From Negaprion brevirostris (Eukaryota), in contig JARDVH010000031.1 in NCBI GenBank assembly GCA_030324005.1, forward strand, positions 63,942,964 through 64,006,963: DNA of 64,000 nucleotides. Direction: 5' to 3'. The translations under genes and the position numbers were made by a program. Below are positions 49,064-62,549 of the stretch, one piece after another. A model generated the notes under the pieces. That model had not been told where the DNA came from, searched no databases, and was given only the letters and a program-made list of their open reading frames with translations. The number at the start of each line of letters is the position of its first letter. Within the stretch, counting starts at the first letter, position 1.

Positions 49064-49761
49064 CTTGTTAGACAAATATGTACAAAGTCTCTTGCATTCT
49101 CTGAGAACTCCTTAGGTAGGGTAGGCATCAGACCTCGATGTGCTCCAATGTAAAACATTGCTGCCATTTTGTCCATATGGGCCAAAGGTGGCTTCCCTGA
49201 TGCCATTTCAAACACCGTACAGCCTAAACTCCAAATATCAGATTTCTTGCCATGCCCAGTCTCATTAATCACTTCAGGTGCCATCCAGTAAGGGGTTCCG
49301 TGCATTGATTTTAACATTTCACTGTGTGTATCATTCATATTCACACACGTCATGCGTTTAGCACATCCAAAGTCAATAAGTTTGATCACACCATTGGGCA
49401 TAAGCATGACATTGTTTCCTTTTATATCTCTGTGAATCACCCTGTTATCATGTAAATAGTCCACTCCTTTTAAAATTTGTTTGGTATATGTACAACAAAC
49501 AGGCTCTGGCAATGGCCCAAATCGACTGATGACACCAGCAATGGAACCACCAGGAACATACTCCATGAAAATGCTGACAACATTACCTTCTAGGTTTGTG
49601 CCTAGAAAGCTCACAATATTGACATGTTTTAGGTTTTTAAGTAGCTCTATTTCCTCTTCTAATTTCTGATATTCCTTTTCTGCTGCAATTTGATTTGTTG
49701 CATCCAAAGAAACCTGTTTAACAGCAATCAATTGGCCTTGACTGGTTAGACCACAATATAC
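49064..49761 (-). CDS. MAP3K19: MAP3K19 kinase-domain exon (698 nt)
   Basis: VYCGLTSQGQLIAVKQV…HRDIKGNNVMLMPNGVIKLIDFG…SMHGTPYWMAPEVINE…AAMFYIGAHRGLMP (YSK4-specific); tttag acceptor, gttagt donor. Confidence 0.97.
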
Positions 49762-52518
49762 CTAAATAAATAGAAAATTGAAATGATAAATTTACAGTAC
49801 TTATTATGTAGTTTTGCAAGGACAGAATTGAAACAAACTTGCCTGCTTCCAAAACCAACTTTATCCTATGTAAATTCTTAATGTTTAAAAGGTTAAAACA
49901 AACGATTAAAATTGCTTCTTGGTTACTAGTAGATATCTCAAATGAGCTAAACAATTTATATAGTCAAGGTGATTAGAAATGAATAGATTGTAGAGGCAGA
50001 AACCTTAATTGTTTGTGATGGATATGTACTTGGTCTGGCATAAACTACAGGGCCACAGACCAAGTGCTGGATGGTGAGATTGGGCTAGATATTACAATGG
50101 ACTGAATGGCTGCTTTCTTGCTGTAAATATTATATCCCTGTTATGATCTCCATAGAGACCATTAAAGTTTAGAGAAATTCAAGCATCGAGTAGTGACAAT
50201 AACTGTGCCAGAAGATTTCACATTTTTAAACATCAGACTTTACCATATATTTAAAAAAACAAAGAAAGCTTAACTTAACTTAACACCATAGTTTGTCAAG
50301 ACTTAAGAGTATACATCTAATTCCCCTCTTAGATCCTAATTCTACCCTTTACACATTGAGATCTTGAGGGTTTATTTGTTTTTCTTCTTTGGAATCAAGC
50401 GAAATGTACCACAGCCCTCCAGAATTGACTTTGCTTTCTACTCAGTATTACATCTATTAAGGTGTGGGATTTCATGAGGATCTTTTAACATTTGGCTGAG
50501 TGACCCTCCAACTTTTCAAAAACGTCACAATTGTGGACTTATCAGTTTAAACTTAGCCTACTACATTTGTGATCTGGTTTAAAAACCAGGAACACCTGGC
50601 TCTTAATGGTCTCCATAATACTTGTCCTGGCTTTGGTCAGATACAATCTGTCTGCCAATCTATTCTAACAGTTACATGTAGGCCATGCTGACTACCTTTC
50701 ACTATAAGTGTTACAGTAGATTTATTCATCTAGCTCCAAGCTAGGCAAATCTTCCAATCTTTTTTGTTCTCATGAACACTTTCCAAATTGAGTGCAAACA
50801 TACATCTGCATTCTGCAGTGAATTATAAAATTAGTATTAAGGTACTAAAATCGCTTAAGGTGCAAGCCTGACTAACAGTCATCTCTTGCTCCTTTGACTT
50901 TTAGTGAGCTCCTAACTACAACTGTCTGACATTTTAGGATTTCTAGGAAAGCCTGTATCTTGATTCCAAAAGGACTTTCCCTATTCTCTTCTCCATAGCA
51001 ATGGAAAACCCTTTGTTCCTTTTAACCAAGTAGAAATGTCAATTAGCTGAATCTGACCACACAACAGCCTTTAAATTAGAAATAAAGGGGTAAACTTCAG
51101 TATGACTACTTATAATTTGTGTTTCAAGAGTTTTAAAGGCTGGAATTCTTTGATGTCACCCATCCTGGCATGGAATGGAAATCCTATTGGCTGGGGCCAT
51201 AGATTTCCATCACTAATGAACAGCATGACATGATCAACCACCTGGAAACACGTGGTTGGCAGAATCCCTCCCATAGTCTTTTGATTTCAGACATAACATG
51301 GCAAACAATTTATAAACTGATTGTTCTCGCATGTAAATATTGATCACAATTCAAGTCTTCCCTTTCAATCTTCACCAATTACCACCTAGCTTTTATAGCC
51401 AGGTAGATTGTAGAACAGATCATATCATTCCGCTCACCCAAAATTTAAGGACAGAGTCCTAAACAACAATGCTCTTACAAATCAAAAGAGAGTCTTAACA
51501 TAATCATATCAATTTCACCATTATAGCCACAAAACATATATTACACAGGACACATTTAGGAGTAGATCGTTTGCCATTTGATGGGAGAGTAGCTGACTTG
51601 TGACTTAACTCCACATACCTGCCTTTGCCCCATGTCCTTTAACACCAACTTTCTTCTCCTTGAGTTTGCTGACTGAAGGTGGGTCCTTGGTGATTTGCTG
51701 AACCATCACAAAGTACTGTGGATATTTTAGTGTCTTAGTTGGAATGGGAAACCCTGTCCTGTTGCCATAATCATCTAGCCAACTGAGCTAGCTGCCCACT
51801 CAACCTCCTCACTCCACTCCAGCACAATTCCGCCATGAACATAACACCTGGTTAACAAAGAATTTTCATTCAGTTTTAACCTAACAATTGATTTAGTATC
51901 AATTGCTGTAGGGGAAGAGTTTACAGAAAGGCAGGCTCTACCTGCCTTTCTGTAAACAACTGTTTCCTAATTTCATCCCTGAAAGGTCTGGCTCTAACTT
52001 TTTGATTACGCTCCCAGTTCCTGAATTTCCTAAATAATTAAAATAGTTTCTCCCAATCTACTCTACTTGTTTCACATAATGCCTTGAATTTTGATCATAT
52101 AATGCTTGAACTTTATAGATTATAGGGAAGAGATCCCTAATTTGATACAATTTCTCCTTTTAATTTCAACCATTCTAATGCCATCCAAGGTCAACATAGC
52201 CTTCCTAAGGTGTGGTGCCCACAACTGCTCACAGTACTCCAGGTGTGGTCTGACCAAGGCTTAATTATTGTCTGTATATGTTCCTGACATTTCAACTTAT
52301 ATACATAGAGTTGGTCTTTTTGGATTCTAATTTTTCACCATTTAGAAATGATTCTGTTTTATCCGTTTTGGGTATCACGTTAGTGACGTTGCATTTGCTT
52401 CAATTTTACACATTCACTTCATTTATTAATTTTTGTAATAAAGACAAATTATTACAATTTATCTTATTGACTATTAACATTCGATCTTAGAAGTCAACAG
52501 GAATTTACAGTTACTCAC

Positions 52519-52671
52519 TGTGCCATAGGCTCCTTTACCAAGCACATTGCCTTTGGTCCATATGATGGCATCCTCACAACTGGAGCTACATTCAGATTTT
52601 ACGGAGTGACCAAGTGAACTATTTGGCCTGCTAGAAGTCTTAAATAGTTTTGCAACTGTATATTCAGCACT
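52519..52671 (-). CDS. MAP3K19: MAP3K19 exon with glycine-rich loop (153 nt)
   Basis: SAEYTVAK…IIWTKGNVLGKGAYGT; cag acceptor, gtgagt donor, phase 0/0. Confidence 0.95.
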
Positions 52672-52792
52672 CTGTTGGAAGAAAATAACCATGCTTGTGA
52701 GCATCACTAATTGCTTTATTTCTTCATTTCACACAATATTATTTAGTGTTGCTACGAGTTAAATACGTGTAGATTTTTGAAAAATAATTTAC

Positions 52793-55516
52793 CTGAAGGC
52801 TCTTTTCATGCATCATCTTTCTATTTCCATTTTGAAACAAACTATTCTTGCTATCATCTTCCTTTTGTAGTACATGTTTGGCCATTTCTCCATTGTTGGC
52901 ACAAGTATTTTTTTCTTCTAGCAACAATGCTGATGCCAGACAACTAAGCAACTCATCTGTAAGACTGTCTTGACTATCACATTCTAAGAAATGTGTTGGG
53001 CATGATTTTTCGGTTGTCCATGTGTTAATCAGTGGTTGAACTGGTAAGCTTGTATGATTTAAATCTGGGCTTGAAATAGTTTTTATGAGAGAAGTGGCTT
53101 TTACTTGATCTTCGTCAGTACGTAAGACAGTAGACTCTGTTTCATCCTCTATAACATCCCAGTTAGGTTTACTGGACAGAGCAGTTGTAGACTTGCTTGC
53201 ATCCATAGTCCCTTGACATTCTACAAATTCATTTGTTTTAACCATATCTATATCACTGTGTCTCTTACTCAAATACTGTTGTAACTCACATATATCAGCA
53301 GTAATATAATCGGTGCTCTTAGTTTTTGGAAGCATTGAGGGCTTACACTGATCAGATGTATTATCATGTAAATTTCCATTAACAGAAGTACTATATGATT
53401 CTTTACAAATAGCTTCATCATCCTCTGAAATGTGAGATTTATCTGAAGTTTGGTCAAGTGAAACTTCCATAATGGTTGGCAAATACTGGTTATCTAGGTG
53501 AGCTTCGTTACCTGGTAATGAATGAAGGGACTCAGAGTTACCTGAGAGATGACCGTTATCTTCCTGATTACTTAATTCAGAGAATAACTCCTTGTTCCTA
53601 AAAGTTTTTGTGTGCCAATTGTGTTGAGAAATGATCGCATTTTCTTGTCCTTCATCGCTGTTGAACAAAGGGACAGTTTTCTCTCCACCTTGTGACGCAT
53701 CTGCGTCCTCCTGTGATGCATCTGCGTGATTTTTCTTATGTTTAGCATTCAGATTTTTTTTAATGTTCTTTGCACTGCTTTTTGCTATTCTTTGATTTGG
53801 CTTTGAATTCTTGCATACTCGCCTTTTAGGTGGTGAAGAATGAATAACTTGGTTATTAATTATAGATGTTGTGGACTTGCGTATTATAGAATATACTGGA
53901 GTGCCAAACATTTCATAAATTCCTGGGCCTTTCTCAGTTGGATTTATTTCCTGAAACATATCACTATACTTCAACACTGAGAAATCATTAATGGAATGTG
54001 ATCTTGGAATCCTTAGAGTTGGTGAATTGTTAAGTCTATTTGAAATTCTGCTGATATGTGGAAGATTTTGTTCAATAGAAACTGATCCATTTTTCAAGAG
54101 GTACTTAATTCCACTTTGTCCTTTTGTTTGTACTTTTGATGAAACTTGGTGCAGATCAGAATTCTCCAGTGAAGGAAGGCATAGATTTTTATATTTTAGT
54201 AAATGAGTTGTCGGCACAAGTGTGCTTTTCCTTGTCCAACTTTGTGTCGGAATTAAGTGGCACTGTAATGACTTGGAATTAGATTTTTTTCTTTCTAGAA
54301 TTGAGATATTCTTTTGATTGGCACAATTAATCTTGCTCTTTTCCTCTTTTTCTTTGCATGCTAAAATATTGAAGTTGTGGTTAGCATTATAAGACATGCT
54401 ATTACTGGAGTTTTTCATTTTAACAGGATTTTTTTTTGAGAAATGGTGTGCTTTGGTAGGTGATTGTTTTGACATTGTGATGTGCATGGCAGAATTACAT
54501 TTTAAGTCAGTGTTAATATCCTTATGTTCCATGTACCTTTCTTTTGTATAAGTGGTACATTTTGTCCCGACAATCTGTTTTGGTACAGCTGCACTCTGTT
54601 GAAAATTATCTGCTAAATTTTGAGCTATGCCTTTGTGGTTTATACATTCTCTTGCTTCTTTTTCTTCAAGCAGATTATCATTCGGTATGATCTCCTGAAG
54701 GCTTGGAAGAACCTCATCAGCTAATATTTCCATGTTGTGTGCATTCTGTAAATGTGTGTTTTGAATTGGGTCTACACCTACAGAATTAAGAATGATGGTA
54801 CTCATATTTTCTTTAACAAGGTGTTTCCTAGTCTCTAAATTCGGCTTGCTGCACAGAATTCCATCCAATAATACAATATCATCATTGCAGTAACTAACAT
54901 CAAATACTTCTCCATTTAAGTTTCTTCCTACAATTTCAGATTCTTCGCATTTATGTTTTTTATCTGATCTTACTGAAGTACATTCTGTACTGTTTTCTGA
55001 TGGTATTATATGAGTGACATCCTTTGGACACACATATTTAGCCATTTCTTGACCGAATCCTTCATTGTCAATTTTCATACTAGCAGTTACACAGTTCATA
55101 CAATTACTGAGAGGCATAGGAAGAGATAAACTTAGCTTGTCATTATTTTCAATGTCAAGTCCTGTTTCTGATTGTTGTACATCCAAGTGCTCTAGCTCAT
55201 GGCCATATGTGTGTTCAGGACATTCATCCACATTGACGGATCTTTGGTTGCTGGGTGCACTGGCACTAGAGAATTCATTTGAAGTTTTTTGTTTGAGAGT
55301 TGATACTAAGGATTGTCTATTCAATGCTTTTTCCTTTGTGAATGATTCATATGGCAATAAAGAATATGGGTATTGTTTTGAAGGTGATGTTGTAGCAGTG
55401 GTATTGTAGATATCACTTTCATTTTGTTTATCAGTTATTCTTTTTCCCTCTAATGGGAGAAGTCGCACAGGAGCTGGAGACTTTGTACTGCTGGTGCTCA
55501 GTTGAGGTAAAGAAAT
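52793..55516 (-). CDS. MAP3K19: MAP3K19 giant exon (2724 nt, low-complexity regulatory region)
   Basis: 908 open codons containing LKYSDMFQEINPTEKGPGIYEMFGTPVY and LTDELLSCLASALL, motifs I recall from human MAP3K19; ctgcag acceptor, CAG|GTAAAT donor. Confidence 0.92.
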
Positions 55517-56851
55517 CTGCAGTTTGCAAAAGTATAAGATTTAAATTTTATCTGAAGTCATGTATTGTTTAGAGTCATCATTACTTTGTTTTTTTTCTTG
55601 TGTTTAAAGCAACTAGAAAGTGGCATCACATTTGCAATGCTTTGCCAATGTTTTCAGTTATAAAAGATCAACCAATAAAATTGCATATAAAAAAAGCTAT
55701 AAAAGTTATGCATCTAACTGTGCTTTTGTCATGGAACACTTCAATAAAAGTAATGGGTAAATCATAGGAATGCTAAAAGCCAGGGAAATCATTGTAAAAT
55801 CTTGATCAATAGCCAATGTCTTGTGGATTGTACGTGGACCTAAAAGGACACATTATTGTTTACTAGGATTTGTATTCTCCACTGGATTTTGCATTCAGCC
55901 TGCAAATGCTTAAATGCATGGAAATAAAAGTAGATGGTACGTCACAGTTCTGGCAGCATCTGTGGAGACTGTGCAACATTCTTCAGACCTTCAACAGTGT
56001 TTTGCTTTTATCCAAGTGAATATGTATTGGTTGATGGCGGGGGGTAGGTATTGAGCCAAGGCTGCTGTACTTCAGCAGCCTTGTGTGAATCTCGGAGGAC
56101 TGCTTTAAATGAGGGGAGTAAGTTATTGCTGATAGCAGGGTGTGTCAAGCTCCAGGGTGACTCGCTGCCCAGTAAAAGTAAAACTAGTACAAAAAGGAGG
56201 GGAGAGAGTGAATATTTATGCCGTTTGAATTCCTTGATGACAATAGAGCTGTAAAAATTAGTTTTGTGCAGTTGATATTTAAGATGATAAATTTGGAATT
56301 ACACAATACCTTGAGTGTGTCACTGCTATTCTCTGAATCTGTTGCCACTTGTTTTTTTAACCCTTAATAAAAAAAATTGAAATATTTAGTATCAAGTTCT
56401 GTGGTTCAAATAAAGCTGTAGCTTAATATTTTAAGTAAAATTGCAACATTGTAAATCTACTTGAATTGCCTTTGCAATTAAAAACTAATAGTTAATCTTT
56501 CAGAAAATTTTAAATCTTTAATCAATATCACTTGTTAAAATTAGTTGTTTTAATTCCATCAAGTGAGATAAACATTTTTGAAAAAAGCTGATAGAATGTT
56601 GAATATTCATATAGTGAATATGATTTATTTCTCAATAATAATTGCTTACTGGTTATCACCTCAAAAAAGCAATGATTATAACTGTGAATTTTGCACACCA
56701 ATATCCCATCAATGCCAAAACTGAACATAAATGCCCAAAAACTTTCTAGTGTACCACTTTCTACCATATATTGAAGCGTGTATTGAGGTTTGCAGGTCTT
56801 ATTGAAAACTCCAATGAGAACATTCAAATTATCCAGACTGCTTACACTTAC

Positions 56852-56887
56852 CTGTAACATTTCCTTGTAATACCACGAGGTGGTGCT
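56852..56887 (-). CDS. MAP3K19: Putative MAP3K19 36-nt micro-exon
   Basis: STTSWYYKEMLQ; ttctgttag acceptor, CAG|GTAAGT donor; phase 0/0 fits neighbours. Confidence 0.55.
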
Positions 56888-57439
56888 CTAACAGAATGTC
56901 TAATGCTACTGTAATTGAGGATCTGTGATAGCTCCTTGTTATACCTGCAGCTTGCTTTGATCATTGTTCTTTAGCCAAGCTCTGTCTATTGTAGTGTGTT
57001 GGAGACCTTTTTTTGTAGGCCTTAATGAAATCTTTGCATTTTAATTGTATCTATTAACTACAAGAACTACATACATATCTGATAAAGATAGGATTTCTCT
57101 CCATGCTTGTTTGTGCATACAGCTCTGATGAATACCAGACTGACCCCCAGATGTAGATCATATGTTCCTTTACATTCTCAGCCTTTTGGTTAAAACCAAG
57201 CCTCAGATCAAGCCCAAGATGGGGTCCATGTCAGCTTGTCTTTTTCTCTCTTGAGGGAACGAATTGAATTCAATTAACTTTTGAATTTAGTTTTTGGAGC
57301 AAGCAAGAAATGGATTTGGATTTGCCCAGTCCATCAGAGCATTGACTTTGTAACTTCAAGAAAGGAGTACAAGTTTTTTTTAGAAGTTCATTTACATCAC
57401 AGTGTGGGCAGTACTGTATTCTCTCAATCTTATATTGGA

Positions 57440-57910
57440 AAGCTGCAGGCCATTCAGCCTATACAACTTAGCCTGGAATTCAATTTTATCATGGCTGATC
57501 TGCCATGATAAACCTCTGCCAGATTGCTTCACTGTCTCCAGAAATCTATTGATTTCTTCTTAAACATGATCAATCAGCTTCCATGACACTCTTGGGTAGG
57601 GAATTCCATAGATTCATCACCCTGTGAATGAAATTCCTCCTCCTCTCAGTCTTAAATGGGCTTCTTATTCTGAGATTGTTTCCCCTGATTCTAGACTCAC
57701 CAATCAGGAGGCAACATCCTATCCACGTCTACCCTGTTATGCCTTCTAAGAATTTTACAGATGTCAATGAGGTCACCTCTCATTCTTCAAAACTCTAGAG
57801 AATACAGATCCAGTCTCCTTACAAGGCCATCCTCCCCATCCCATGGATTAATCTGGTGAATCTCCGTTGCAATTCTTTAGCAAATTTATCCTCCTTACAG
57901 TAAGGGGACT
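57440..57910 (-). mobile_element. CR1 LINE 3' fragment
   Basis: Reverse tail 'gcaggccattcagcc…atcatggctgatctg' and 'tcacctctcattcttcaaaactctagagaataca'. Confidence 0.75.
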
Positions 57911-58459
57911 GTGGTTGAGAATTGTGACTGATTCTAAATACCTAACATGAGGATAATTAGCAGCTAGTGTTTTAATATGGCATTTGAGAATAATACAAAA
58001 TATGTAAGTAACATCTTAATGTCGCAAATGTTTTTAACATGCCATTAAAATGAAAGATGTATTCATGAAAGCTATCAGCACAAGTCGGGCACAAATAATG
58101 TAACAAAATAAATTGCCAATGCGTATCTAAGCCAGGGAAAATACATCCAATAGATAAAGGTGCCTTCAATAGAACCGGTTTAAATTGGTTAGAGAAAATG
58201 CTGAATCATAAGCCATTTTTTGGGAGAGAACTTCCGTAAAACAGACTGACTAATAAGAGTTATATTTGAAGGTGTCAGAGAATTATTGAAAGACATGTCA
58301 TCAGTAGATTGACAGATCAGTGAATGAATAAAATTGCTGTTAATTAAGTCCTGGGCAAATTAATCTGATTAAAAAGAAGTATAATCTACTAATTTGGCAT
58401 GAAATCTGAGATCTTTTGTGAAAGCTGCTAGCGCATTAACTGTGTAGGTGGAACCATTG

Positions 58460-58641
58460 ATAGAACCATAGGACATTACAGCACAGAAACAGGCCTTTTG
58501 GCCCTTCTTGGCTATGCCAAACCATTTTTCTGCCTAGTCCCACTGACGTGCACCTGGACCAATTCCTCCACACCCCTCTCATCCATGAACCCGTCCAAGT
58601 TTTTCTTAAATGTTAAAAGTGACCCCGCATTTACCACTTTA
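58460..58641 (-). mobile_element. LINE 3' end (HER1/CR1-like) running into a gap
   Basis: 'atagaaccataggacattacagcacagaaacaggccttttggccc' reverse tail. Confidence 0.7.
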
Positions 58642-59569
58642 NNNNNNNNNNNNNNNNNNNNNNNNNNNNNNNNNNNNNNNNNNNNNNNNNNNNNNNNNNN
58701 NNNNNNNNNNNNNNNNNNNNNNNNNNNNNNNNNNNNNNNNNGTCAGAGAATTATTGAAAGACATGTCATCAGTAGATTGACAGATCAGTGAATGAATAAA
58801 ATTGCTGTTAATTAAGTGCTGAGCAGATTAATCTGATAAGTATAACTATTTTTTTGGCATGAAATGTAGATCTTTGTGAAAAGCCTGCTAGCGCATTAGC
58901 TGTTAGGTGGAACCATACATCTTCCGTTTTGGCCAAAATGAAATTTGTCTTGTCCGAATTGTATGTTTGTTTGAATATTGTTAATTTGTAATGTTTTTGA
59001 GTTGAACGTTTCAATGTTTTAATAAAAACTAGTTTAATTGAAGAATTTCATTGAACTGAATAAATTTTTTTGTTTGTGAAATGAAATTTTTAATGAAAAG
59101 ATTTAGTCTTTAAATAAATCAAGCCACCTAAAAGAATTTCTCACAATATGGACCAATACTAGACACACTATTCTAGATGAAGTCTCACCAAAGCTTGCAT
59201 AACTGCAACAAGACATCCTTACTCAAATCCCTTGTGATGAAGGCCAGTATACCATTAGTCTTTGTTCCTTGTTTCACTTGCTGTTCACTTATAAACGACA
59301 CCTCTGAAATATTTATCTGAAGTATTTCAAGTTGTTGTTTACCCTACGTATTTACATTATTACTACTCCATCTCCTTTTTGAGCTTATCAGTTCAGATTG
59401 TCTGGAGGCCTTATCTTTCTATATCTCATTTGCACTACTATCCAAGAAGTGTCAGCCTCTGTCATTGCAGGTAAATTCTGTTGATTTGGATGTTATCCCA
59501 GCATCTGGGTATCTTGGTGTTTTCCCACTGTACTTAGCAGACATTGAGTCTGGTTTCTCCTGACCATAC

Positions 59570-59712
59570 CCTCCTCGGTGCCAACCAAGGTAGGTCTGAA
59601 GAACTGAACTGATGTTTCGGAGAACTCATATTTTCATTTAGCATCAGCCCTCCATCCTGCAGGTGATCTAAGACTGCTGCATGTCTCTTGTCACATTCCC
59701 TTAACTGTTTTA
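59570..59712 (-). CDS. MAP3K19: Putative MAP3K19 exon (143 nt)
   Basis: (I)KQLRECDKRHAAVLDHLQDGGLMLNENMSSPKHQFSSSDLPWLAPRR; tgtttcacag acceptor, AGG|GTATGG donor; phase 1/0 links the 61933 and 56887 exons. Confidence 0.6.
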
Positions 59713-61932
59713 CTGTGAAACAATACATCCTACATGTAGCAAATGACCCTTTGTAGGCTAGCAAAATAGCTGATATTGCATTTTGAAATATTTCTGGGAA
59801 TTGGATGTTTCACATGTCTGTGCAGACTTGATGGGCTGGAGGCCTCTTCAGCACCCTTTAATTCTATCGGTGTGTTCTTTTGTACTGTTAATGGACCTTT
59901 TTATTAAGAATCTCTTGGGATTTTAGACTAGATACGGAGAATTTTGAGGTTTTGATTAGGTTTATTCACAGGAACAGAGTCATGTCGCTAATGGAAGGAG
60001 CTAAGTTTTTAGGAAACAGTTTCATTTTCATTTTTAAAGTACAAGCAGTTGCTGCATGGACCTAAAAGAAACATTCTCTCTCGCCACTGTCCTCCCTGCC
60101 CTAAACAAGAGGTGTTCTGGAAACCTAAGTCACAGCAAGCATGCCTGTGTTATGCTAACTAATTTTAAAGTGAGGTTTGAGTCTATAAGAGAAATATTGC
60201 TTGACTGAAACTCAATCATGTTCAAGTATTCAATTGTTAAAGGTTGAACAAATTTATTTATTATAATTAAACTGTGTTAAATAAAGTTTGTTTTTTATAA
60301 AAGATATGCAGTCTGCCAATAGAGTGGGACACTGCCATGTTGCCAATGCCCTGGGGAACACCCCCTGCACCCGATCCTCTGGAGAGCCCCAATTGCCCTC
60401 CCCTCACTCCAGTGGGGTCAGGCCACTTTTGAGGAGCTAGAATAATCCCCACTGAAGTGAACCATTCTTGTTGCTGGGGGGGTGGGGGGGAAGAGATGCT
60501 AGTCTTGGGCCTGCTAATGATATTTAAATATATGGAAATACTCACCTCCATAACTTATATGCCTTTCCACCAATTTCTGGTGTTAAGCTGGCACCACTGG
60601 AAATCTGGCACTTGGAGATGCTAATGGGCTGGGATGTTTATTGCGGATGTCACGCATCGGGCACCACTGGAATCTCCCAGGCTTTTATGCTAAAAAATTT
60701 GCACAGTGGGATGGGAGAATTGCCCCCCCAGCCCCCTCTTATCTTCACACTAAAGCCAAAATAGAAAATTGTTGAGACCTGGTCTGGCTTCATAACGTGT
60801 TGCAGTTTCTGATTTGGTACCCTAACAGTAGGATTTGCTAAAGATCCTGCTATTTGACAAATTTTTACATTAAATAAAAATGCCTTTCCTGGGTTTTGAG
60901 AAACTCTTTAGTGAACGCATTCCATGGGATTCAAATCCTGGTTAAACCAGTAAACTACAGGTAGGGAACTCCCTAAAGAACTTTCCTTCAACCTGCTCTC
61001 TTATTTAAATAACAGGACCTACTCAAATCTGCCGCTGGAAGTGGCAACTGACATTTTTGCTCCATTTTCCCCATTCTAATACTTCCTGATTCCTTGCCAT
61101 TTCACCCTATCTCCTGCTAATTCCATTCTGAATGCAATTCATGGTTTGCATGAAATAGCAACATGTGTGTAACAGACCAAGGAAGCACCTTTGTAATGCA
61201 TACTCATTCAATCTGTTGGGTATGGTGAACTTTTGAGAGTAACTTTACCTTGATAATTTTCTTTAGATCTACCTTATACATTTGCATACAATTAGCTGTT
61301 AGAGGCAGCATTCTATTGGGCATCCATTTTCTACCATGGATTTTACACTGCTTGTCTCTGAAGACCCCTCTAAAGTGGCAAACAGAATAGCCTTCCTTGC
61401 ACTTGGCACACAGCAAAAACTTTACTGCTGCATCAACAAACCTAGCAGTTGTTCTACTCCATAACAAATCAGGAAACTGTTATATTGCACTAGTTGCACA
61501 ACTAGTCTGATTCCCTTTAAATTGTTGGTTCAACTTGTTAAACAATTGCATTTGCACTCAATTTCTGAAAAGTTACAAGTGACCTTCTAGAAGCAGTCTG
61601 CTGAGTGATTAAATAAGTAGGAGGATAAGTTGCAAAGTGGAAGTTGCAGTAGGGACCGTCATGCAGCAGGTTGACAGATATTTGATTGTTCATTACTCCT
61701 GCTCTGAGATTGCAAGAATCAATTTCTACAGTACAGTTTTTTTTACTGTAGGAACAGTTAGATGCCACAATAGATCTTTCTGGTCTTAAGTTCTCAAAAT
61801 AATTGCAAGTTGTTTCTAGCTTTGTACTCAACTTCGACATTTCTGGAACATTTATTATTCTCTCTCTATTTTCTAGAATCTCTGCAAATTAATTCTATAT
61901 TAGAAAGTGAGCAAAAAATATGGAAGTCTTAC

Positions 61933-62278
61933 TTTGCTGAATATAAGCTTGAGAGTCTTGCAAGGAATCCAGATGCACTTCAGTATTACTGATATTTGGT
62001 TCAGATTGTGAGCCCTGCATTGCAGAAGTTTCTTCAATACTGGGCACGTTTCTAACCTCCTTGTTCCTTTTGGTAAATACATTTAATGAAGGTGGCCTCC
62101 TTCGCTTCATTGAAGCAAGTAGCATTTCATCTGGAAGTGATGAATGACGTAATTTTTCTCCAAGTCCTTTCCAAGGATTTGCCAATGCAGAAGCTGAACT
62201 GTCAATTGCATCATAAATTACATTATCTTTCGTGAACCTATTATTTATATACACGTTACCTTTACCCTCAGCTTTTAA
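61933..62278 (-). CDS. MAP3K19: Putative MAP3K19 upstream exon (346 nt)
   Basis: Lies in the 164-aa ORF 61895-62389; tttttacgttgtcag acceptor, CAAA|GTAAGA donor, phase 0/1; the 5' boundary is less certain. Confidence 0.6.
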
Positions 62279-62549
62279 CTGACAACGTAAAAACCTCAAA
62301 TCCATGATTAAAAGTACATTGAACATGACTTGTTTGTGTATTAATAATTTGTTCTTGTTTTCCTGCTTTTGTGTTTTTCTATGTATCATTGTAAACTTGA
62401 GGTGAAGAAACTAATTTTTTTGTTAAAATTGCAAATACCAGCACTAAGCATTGTGATGATACATACGCAACTTCAATAATATCCAGAAAAATATTGCGTT
62501 ATATTTTCAAATGAGACCTAAGTCACTTCATTTCTTTTAAAGAAAAGAT

